NCBI GenBank assembly: GCA_963802945.1 | Contig: CAWDKY010000066.1 | Coordinates: 1 to 16,606, forward strand | Reading direction: 5' to 3' | Length of the DNA: 16,606 nucleotides | Source of the DNA: an uncultured delta proteobacterium | GTDB lineage: Bacteria; Desulfobacterota; RBG-13-43-22 | Shown here: positions 9,222 through 16,606 of the stretch, piece by piece | How positions within the stretch are numbered: position 1 is the stretch's first letter | How the letters are laid out: each line of letters opens with the position of its first letter | Translations under genes and position numbers: made by a program | The notes under the pieces: model-generated | Databases searched by the model: none | Seen by the model: only the letters and a program-made list of their open reading frames with translations | What the model was told of the DNA's origin: nothing

Positions 9222-9778
9222 ATGCCGCACAAAATTCTTCTGGTTGACGATGAACCTCACGTCACCGAAGCCTAAACGAACCCTTCATAGGGAGCCATTC
9301 GAGATTTTGAGTGCCGGTTCCGCCAATGAAGCGCTCCAGATTCTGGCTCGTGAGCCTATTGACCTTGTCATCTCCGACGAAATGATGCCGGGTATGTCGG
9401 GGTCCGAGTTTCTTGCCGAGGTGTACCGCAACTATCCGGAAACCATCAAGATTCTGCTGACTGGGCATGCAAACTTGAATGTAGCGGTGCGTGCTATCAA
9501 CGAAGGACACATTTATCGTTTCTTGATGAAACCGTGTAACGAACAGGAAATCCGTATTACCATTCGCCAAGCGATTCAACAGAAAGAACTGACTGAAAAG
9601 AGCCGAACAGTTTTTAAGAAAGGTCAAACAGCAAAATTTGATCTTGCAGAGAATGGAAAAGGAATATCCTGGGATTGCCAAGGTAGAGAGAGATTCCCAC
9701 GGGGCCATTATTGTTGACGACTTTGGATCTGATTTAGATGGACTTATACAACAAATTAAGGAAGAATTGAATATTTAA
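9222..9778 (+). CDS. Response regulator receiver-domain protein with a short helical tail (frameshifts near 9272 and 9612)
   Basis: MPHKILLVDDEP, DLVISDEMMPGMSG.EFL (phospho-acceptor Asp), ILLTGHA, AINEGHIYRFLMKP. The tail reads ...LQRMEKEYPGIAKVERDSHGAIIVDD...ELNI*. Confidence 0.9.
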
Positions 9779-10115
9779 TACAGGCAACAGCCCCCATGGC
9801 CCGGATGCAGCTTATGTGTCCTGACCAGTACCTGGGTTAACATGCACAGTGTCCAGATAACTCTTCTTGCGGCTTACACCTACAAGTCCACAAAAAACAT
9901 ACCCTCAAAAATTATCGATTACGGATGGAAAATATGCAATAGAAACTCACCGAATTCCACCACCCTCTTTGATGAAAGGATTGGCAAAAGTGGCCTGCCC
10001 CTTCCGCCAAGCCGGGTATTGTATCCCAAACCCCGAGTTTATATCAGCCTAATATATATATGACATGTCACCGTAAATTTACTGGCGAATGAGGATATGG
10101 GGATTTGTGCCAGGG

Positions 10116-12142
10116 TTAAGGTGTATTTATTTCTATTTTCTTTACAATATTATCCAACAAATAGACTATGTGTTTTGATATCTCATAACCCACGATATTT
10201 TTTTCAAATTCCTTGGGGGCTGATACGTTTATATTTTGTTGTAAGCCTTTCTTCCAGATAATATTATTTTTCTCATAAATTTTCACACCTGAGATTACAG
10301 AGCACTTGTAAGTAATTACATTGTTATCAATAGGAATGGCCTGTTTTTCAATTTTATATATTGCTTCAAGGCAATAATCGCTTTTTGTCTCGGAATTACG
10401 ATTTTTCTTAAAGCCAAATCCTCCTTCGTTAAGCCTTTGGATGTTATTTTTGAAATCTTCCCCCGGCATAAAAGGGAAACCTAAGTTCCCTTGAAACTAT
10501 AAATGGAACGAGTTGTTCGAAATCATCCAAAATCATAAATGCTCTACTGCAATTCATTTGAGCACATTTGTAATAGCTTTGTTTTATTCTCATAGTTCGT
10601 AATAATATCCATCGAAATAACTTTATCTCTAACTGAAGGTGCTGGATTTTTAGCTGATAGTGGCAAGATCGTGCTTGCTATTGCTGTATTTCCGCTTAAC
10701 GATATAACCTTTACATCCCAAGTAGGAATATAAATATCCTCATCTATTCCCTCCAGTTTACCAAACTTATAAAAGACGCTGATATTTTCTTCCGGCAAAA
10801 GAATACTATTCTGATCTTCAATATAGATTTGATTTCCATCTGTTTTACTAATAGAGGCTTCGACCTTATTAAACTTGACCTTATCAATAAAATCCGTTGA
10901 AAGCTTAACTATGACATTCTTAATAATCACTTCTTCCCCGGGCTTCATTGGAAAATCTTATGTCTCCAAATACTTCATCCGTTATCTCTTCATTCGCACA
11001 AGTACTAAATAGGACTCTTCCACTTCTATCCAATAATTCCCCACAAGCAATTACTTTATAGTTGTCATAGGATATATAAGGTTTAGTGGAAGGTAATTTC
11101 GAATATAATGGTCCTGCGAAATGAACTCTAAGGAAATAGTCGGGGATCTCCCGATTCTGTGTAATCTCCTGGGTTAGATGGGTCATTTCGACGACCGCTT
11201 TTTGGACATTATAAAAACTTTTGTCTAATGACATTAAAGAAAAAAGAAGCCTTTTTCCCCAGGGCGTTAATAAATAGTTGATAAATGACACTTTTCCGTA
11301 ACTGGGCTATCAAGCTTTTTAGTGGTATTGCTTAAGAGAAGGACTTTGGGCTTTTTAAGCTCATCCAGAGATTCGTTGGAAAACTTTATGAACTGAGAGT
11401 CATTCCTTTTCTCCCCCAAAAGGGCCTGGGCAATCGAAAATTTATTTGAAGAGTGGAGAACGGTAATTTGGGTGCCGTATTGATCAACCAAAATGTCCCC
11501 CTTTATTATTCCTGCCTCAGTCCCTTTATCCAAAATAAAATTATCATTCCAGTCTTTCTTGATTTCTGACCGGACTGAAAAAGGATTAAATTTTTCTTTA
11601 GAAGTTTGAATAATTTTTTTTATGAGTTCACTGTAAGTATCCTTATAAAGTTGTATAATTCTATTTTCTTTGTCTATGTTTCGAAAGTTCATGATCCGAT
11701 TGTTTAATTGTTTCATATCTCGCATAGTAGGTATAGGAATAGGAATAAAGGATTTCTCCAGTGACCATATTCGCAAAATTAATACTCATGGTTAGGGGGA
11801 GATAATAATCGATAAGCTTTTGAGATTTATCTATTTTGTATTGAGAAACCCTCTGGATATCAATCCAGACGACAAAGGTATTGTATTTATTTTTGTTGTC
11901 TAACATATCAACGACATTCGAGAAGTTTGCCTTAAAATTGTTGTTAAATTGATCGAGAGCATAGGATAAATTACTACCGAGGTCTCCGAAGAAAGTGCTT
12001 TTTTAAATAAATGGTTTTCGGTGGCTCTGTCCGAAAGGAAAATACCTTGGACTGGATAGACTTTAAAACTCTCTTGGGCGTAGGCAATTGACGAATATAT
12101 TAAACATATCAGCCCTGATAGGATAATCAGGGGTTTTTTCAT
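10116..12142 (-). CDS. Large exported hypothetical protein (about 670 aa if joined) with an FlgT C-terminal-like motif; split into six or more ORFs
   Basis: Signal peptide MKKPLIILSGLICLIYSSIAYA-QE. Consecutive, mostly overlapping minus-strand ORFs run down to 10116. Contains ILDKGTEAGIIKGDIL and INFANMVTGEILYS. The single-gene interpretation is an inference. Confidence 0.6.
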
Positions 12143-13609
12143 TTCTTTTGTTTCCCTTTTTGGGTTTTGTGCTTGCAACCGGATAAAACTTTACCTGATT
12201 CCCATCGACGGTATAATCATAATTACTAAACAAAGCAGCCAGTAGGAGCGGCTATTTCTGGGCAAATAGGGCATCGGCAAGAGGATCATTTCCGTTATAA
12301 GAAAGGATAAATTCGTATTTCCCGGGTTCAGCTGTCCTCGGTTTTACATTTGTGACCCCCTGAGTATTCTTAATAGTATTGGTGAACTGAATGCGGGCCA
12401 TGGGGGGAAAATTACAGGTCAAAATAACGACATATTCCATTCCATACATCTGCCTTTTTTTCCAGTAATCTTGGATCTTATTCGATATGACAAAGCCTAA
12501 ATTCTCACCAATCTTTTTCGCAACATTGGCCCGGCATTGGTCAGGCGAGTTTCCCGACGCCGATTCGGTCAAAGCCCCGGAAGCAATAGCCTCACTGTCG
12601 AGGGTTAAGTAAACTTTAAGAGCCACCATGCCATCGCACACAAATTTGTCTATGGATGGGTCCTTCCCCCTTTCCACAATAATCGAAGACCCTACACTAA
12701 AAAAATCAGCTTTTGCCTCGTCCCGTGAAAACTTGATATACTTAGCTAAGTCAGCACTATTTTCCAACTTATCAATAGTTATAGCCCGGTCATTAAAATA
12801 CTTGCTACGGAATAGGTCATTATCAAGAATCCTTATATCATATGTTTGATAAGCAGATTGTAATGCCTTAATCGTAAAATTCTGTTTGTCTGGGATATTA
12901 TTCTTCGGTTGATATACTTTAATGTTGGTGAAAAATTCATGTTCGTTATCTGAGGCATTTACAAAACTTCCATATTTGAGAGTGTTTTTTTTCAAAGAGG
13001 CTGCATCGACTGATCCTACCCCCTGTTCCTGAGCCGAAACGGCCTTTGATTTAATATTCTTTGTTGAAAGGGCCTCTCCTTCTTTATATTTAGCATCACG
13101 GTCAGACTTGTAAACAGTTATTTCTGTCAGAGGGGCCGAGGTTTGCAAATCGGAGGGGGTGGTAAAAAACTCGTCCATTAAAGTTATTATGGCGCTCGAA
13201 CGGACGACGGTTGTTCCTAATGCAATTCCCATGTCTGAAAGGAGTTGACGAAATTTTGTCTCGTCGAAGATCAACACTGTATTAACTATATAAATGTTCC
13301 CTTCTTTTCTAGCGGTATCATTTTGTTTGACTTTAAAGACATTAATTTGGGAAAGGACTTCTTCGAATTTTTGTTGTACTTTTTGGGTCATTCATTGCCT
13401 CCGGTCCGTAACAATCTATTTACGGCCATTGTCACCGCATTTCGTATCGCTTCTTTTTTGGCGTTGTATTGGACTGAGGCTATATCCTGGGTTATTTCCG
13501 CCCTCCCCTCCCCTTGTACTTCGATTTCAATAGCCAGCGCTGAATTGATAATAAAAAAGGAAACCACCCAGATCAGGGCAAATGGCAAAAACTTCGTTAA
13601 CCATTCCAT
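12140..13609 (-). CDS. Exported hypothetical protein with an FlgT N-terminal-like start and a TolB-N/CsgG-like middle (frameshifts near 13400 and 12260; 3' end approximate)
   Basis: AAGGAGG RBS and signal peptide ending ALA-IEIEVQGEGRA...AKKEAIRNAVTMAV. ORF 12252..13391 continues the protein, and another frame then gives LAALFSNYDYTVDGNQVKFYP. Confidence 0.65.
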
Positions 13610-13630
13610 TTTACTACCCTCCTTTAGCTT

Positions 13631-14193
13631 TTACTTTACTCTGATTTCGACATCCCCTGCCTTTATTGAATTTTCATCCGAATTAATCGATTTCCTTTTT
13701 GAACCCCTTTGGCCTTTATAATTAATCCCATATTTTCCAAGGAGTTCTCCAAAAGCATTCATTTTCCTTATCTCGGCGAGGTGGATGTCCGTGGTTAATA
13801 TTTCCTTGTTGTTGAAACCATTATGAAGGGCTTCGTCTAAAGTTTTCAAAGCTCCAAAGGTATCTCCCTTCATCGACTGCGCCTGAGCCTTAATATATAA
13901 ACAAATAGAGTCATTGGGGCGGCTTTTTCCGGCTTTCTCAGCATACTGAAGGGCCGTGTCGTAATCTTTCTGTACAGGGCTTTAATCGCTTCATAAAAAG
14001 AGTCATTATCAAAAGAGACATTTCCTTTGGTGGTGGCAGCAGGTTGGGAAACCATCGCTGTTTTACTGCTTAATTTAACTTCTTCCTTCGACGAAACCAT
14101 CTCCTTCACCCTGTCGCATGAGATGATAATGATAAAAATGGTGACTAACAGAGTGGGAAGTATAAATCTAAATTTATTGTGACCTATTTTCAT
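13631..14193 (-). CDS. Predicted lipoprotein with a TPR-like C-terminal region (frameshifted)
   Basis: MKIGHNKFRFILPTLLVTIFIIIIS-C signal. GDTFGALKTLDEALHNGF....L.TD..L..IR....F..LL resembles a TPR-capping motif. Confidence 0.65.
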
Positions 14194-14194
14194 T

Positions 14195-14929
14195 TTAATT
14201 TTTTAATTCAACCTCCTTCGCCGGTTCTGATGAGGATTTAGGTAAGGCCACTTCAATCTTCGCTTCCTGGGCTAGTTTAATTAAATTTCCTCCTAAATTA
14301 TATATTTTATCGATTTGGGACGGCAAATTGGAGGCGATGTCGGTAAGTTTAGTTGCATCCCCGGCAAAAGTTGCGGCAGTTGTGGGGTTAGCCTTTATTC
14401 CTTGGATTAACTGTTTAGATGTTTCGAGGGCTCCCTTATCCATCAACCCGGCCAAAAAGATATTATAAATTGCCTTCCCCAAGAGCTGTTTTTGCTCGTC
14501 GTTGAGGTTTTTAACCTTCTCGGCGGTCTCCTTTTGTTCTGTTGCTTTGTTGACTGCTACCATTTCATCTTGCCTTATTTTAATAATTTCAGCCTCTTTT
14601 TCTTTGGGGTCTTTTATACTTTCAATTTCCTTCATTCGTCTTTCGATTCGCTCTATATCTTCCTTATTTGCCAGCATTTTGAAAGTAATATCGACCGATT
14701 TTTTTAAAAGGGTGTCGGCTTGCGCAAGCAAATTATATACGTTGTCTATTCCTTCCCTTGACACGCTTGCTGTGCCCTTTTGAGATTCATCCTTAGACCC
14801 CCCTGGAACTGCTGACTTTAACTTATCAAAAGCTCCTCCATAAGCAATATTGGAACACAGAAAGATAACTATTAAGATAAAAGAACACCTCATCACCTGG
14901 GTAATAAATGGAACATTACGATTAGACAT
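14195..14929 (-). CDS. Exported, probably helical hypothetical protein (244 aa, intact)
   Basis: GAGGAG RBS, hydrophobic signal ending AYG-GAFDKLKSAVPGG, and an E/K-rich coiled-coil-like middle. The stop lies 1 nt from the next ATG. Confidence 0.8.
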   Translation of the reverse strand: MSNRNVPFITQVMRCSFILIVIFLCSNIAYGGAFDKLKSAVPGGSKDESQKGTASVSREGIDNVYNLLAQADTLLKKSVDITFKMLANKEDIERIERRMKEIESIKDPKEKEAEIIKIRQDEMVAVNKATEQKETAEKVKNLNDEQKQLLGKAIYNIFLAGLMDKGALETSKQLIQGIKANPTTAATFAGDATKLTDIASNLPSQIDKIYNLGGNLIKLAQEAKIEVALPKSSSEPAKEVELKN

Positions 14930-15013
14930 TACATTCTCCTCTCTTTAATTTATTTAATTTAATCTAATATGACCTGATATACACTGTTTTCAATCGTTTA
15001 ATATGATAATTAT

Positions 15014-15046
15014 AAAAAACCCCATCGCTCTGTTGAGAAATGGGGT
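15014..15046 (-). terminator. Intrinsic terminator-like hairpin upstream of the AT-rich operon
   Basis: Minus strand aaccccat-ttctcaacagagcg-atggggtt followed by a T run. Confidence 0.65.
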
Positions 15047-15306
15047 TCAATATTCTTCCATTGACGCTCCTTGATAAAAGGTTGCCAGCAAGAAAACATT
15101 TTAATTGGTTATAGGCTTTTTATAACTCAATTGCCAAAAAGTCAATAAAATTATCAGGTCTCTTTTCGTTGATTACCGTTTGTACTCTTCTGATTTTTTC
15201 AAAATCGAATTTTGCGGACTTCAGGAAGAAGTCACCATCAAACTTGACAATGCCTGTATAGTCAAATCCTGACTTTCACAGTTTCTCTATTCCTCGATGT
15301 AAGCGC

Positions 15307-16030
15307 CTATAATTGTTCCACCAAAGCCACCATATCGCGCACGGCCAGATCCAGCCCTACATAAAGGGCCCGGGCAATGATACTGTGGCCGATGCTATAT
15401 TCTTCTATTTCCTCCAGGCCTTGAAACCGTTTGATATTGGTATAATTGAGTCCATGACCGGCGCTGACTTTAAGCCCCCATTGGGCGGCCAATTGGGCTC
15501 CGGAGGCGATACGATCAAAAAGCCGCGAGGCCTCTTTTCGTTTTGGCCTCGGCATAATGGCCGGTATGCAGTTCAATGATGTCGGCCCCTACTTCCTTAG
15601 AGGCCCGAATCTGATCCGGGTCGGCATCTACAAATAAGCTTACCGCCACTTTCCCTCTGTGAAGCCGTCGGATCGTTTCCTTTAAGGACTTCTGTTGGCC
15701 CCGGACATCGAGTCCCCCTTCCGTGGTCAATTCCTGTCTTTTTTCCGGGACCAAAGTGACCATATGGGGACGGACTTTCAGGGCCATCCGGATGATTTCT
15801 TCTGCGGCGGCCATCTCCAGATTCAATTTGGTTTTTACGGTTTCTTTCAATAAAAAAAGATCCCGATCCTGGATATGCCTCCGATCCTCTCTTAAATGGA
15901 CAATAATGCCTTCGGCTCCGGCCAGTTCGGCTATACCGGCGGCAATAACCGGATCGGGTTCATCAATCTTTCTGGCCTGGCGAATGGTGGCGACATGATC
16001 CACATTGACAGCCAAACGGGGGAGTTGCAT
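15307..16030 (-). CDS. pdxJ: Pyridoxine 5'-phosphate synthase (frameshift near 15540)
   Basis: [15 protein letters not shown]...[72 protein letters not shown]. Confidence 0.96.
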
Positions 16031-16484
16031 CCTGTTTCCTCCTTCATTTCGGTTTCGATACGAGATATGATTTCTCGGGCCTGGCTCCATCCGCCGGGCT
16101 TCGGACTCCGAGCGTTCGTGATCATAGCCGGATAAATGTAATAATCCATGAATCAATAAGAATTGAAGGCGTTCGTTTTGCGTTATCCCGGCTTCCTGAG
16201 CCTCCCGTCCGGCGGTTTCGGTGGAAATAACCAACGTCTCCCCAAGAGTTCTGGGATTGGATCTCTGAAAACAGGCCCTCTTTCATGGTAAGGTGGAGGA
16301 CATTGGGGTCGGACCTTTTCGGTCCAGATATCTCCTGTTATAACCTGACATCTCCCGGCTCTTTAACCAAAAGGAGGCTGATTTCCCCTTTAGTCGTTCC
16401 CCAGGCCCTTATGATCTGCAGACTGATTTTCCGAATCTCGGCCGGGTCTATCAGGGTCTGCCGGTTGTTTATCTGTATCTCCAT
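16030..16484 (-). CDS. ybeY: rRNA maturation endoribonuclease YbeY, multiply frameshifted; 3' end approximate
   Basis: MEIQINNRQ...EISLLLV, VISTETA.REA, and [15 protein letters not shown] (HxxxHxxGxDH metal motif). It sits between an HD hydrolase and pdxJ. Confidence 0.9.
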
Positions 16485-16606
16485 CTGGTTTTTTCCTGAC
16501 ACTCCCGCTTTTGATGCCGGCCTCAGGGTATTCAATCCGATGATGGAATATCCCGTTCAGAATTTTATTAAAACTGGCGGATATCAAGGAAAGGTCTTTC
16601 AAGGTC
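16390..16606 (-). CDS. C-terminal fragment of a 7TM-HD/HDIG phosphohydrolase (PgpH/YqfF-like); partial
   Basis: LKDLSLISASFNKILNGIFHHRIEYP is the characteristic C-terminal motif. This family is typically found directly upstream of ybeY. Confidence 0.8.
   Translation of the reverse strand, partial: TLKDLSLISASFNKILNGIFHHRIEYPEAGIKSGSVRKKPDGDTDKQPADPDRPGRDSENQSADHKGLGND

Noticed and set aside
9842-10063. Small ORFs 9842..10063 and 9867..10052
   Set aside because: No RBS or recognisable motif. This is probably intergenic or degraded DNA at the island edge.
10064-15306. Integrative element or prophage call for the AT-rich region
   Set aside because: No integrase, transposase, phage gene or flanking direct repeat was seen. 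Only the base composition suggests foreign origin.
15515-16234. Apparent YbeY-PdxJ fusion ORF (239 aa)
   Set aside because: pdxJ has its own ATG at 16030 with a GAAGGAGG RBS. The fusion is best explained by an indel near 16080.

Overview
Bacterial chromosomal window. Gene content and order (HD-phosphohydrolase-ybeY-pdxJ; alaC-hom-apgM; trxA-trxB-bamD; bioB with a BirA operator) suggest a Desulfobacterota/deltaproteobacterial genome (inference). Nearly every gene, including essential ones, is split by apparent small indels, most likely uncorrected long-read errors, so genes were reassembled by hand and several ends are approximate. The main points of interest are: (1) an identical 50-bp double-hairpin repeat attached to the 3' end of tRNA-Ser(GCT) and repeated directly upstream of a stand-alone GIY-YIG nuclease gene; (2) a YbgC-type thioesterase with a single in-frame TGA where homologues commonly have Cys (possible selenoprotein); (3) an AT-rich four-gene operon of exported proteins with FlgT/CsgG-like and TPR features, preceded by a structured leader with a terminator; and (4) a MITE-like element with a doubled left end.
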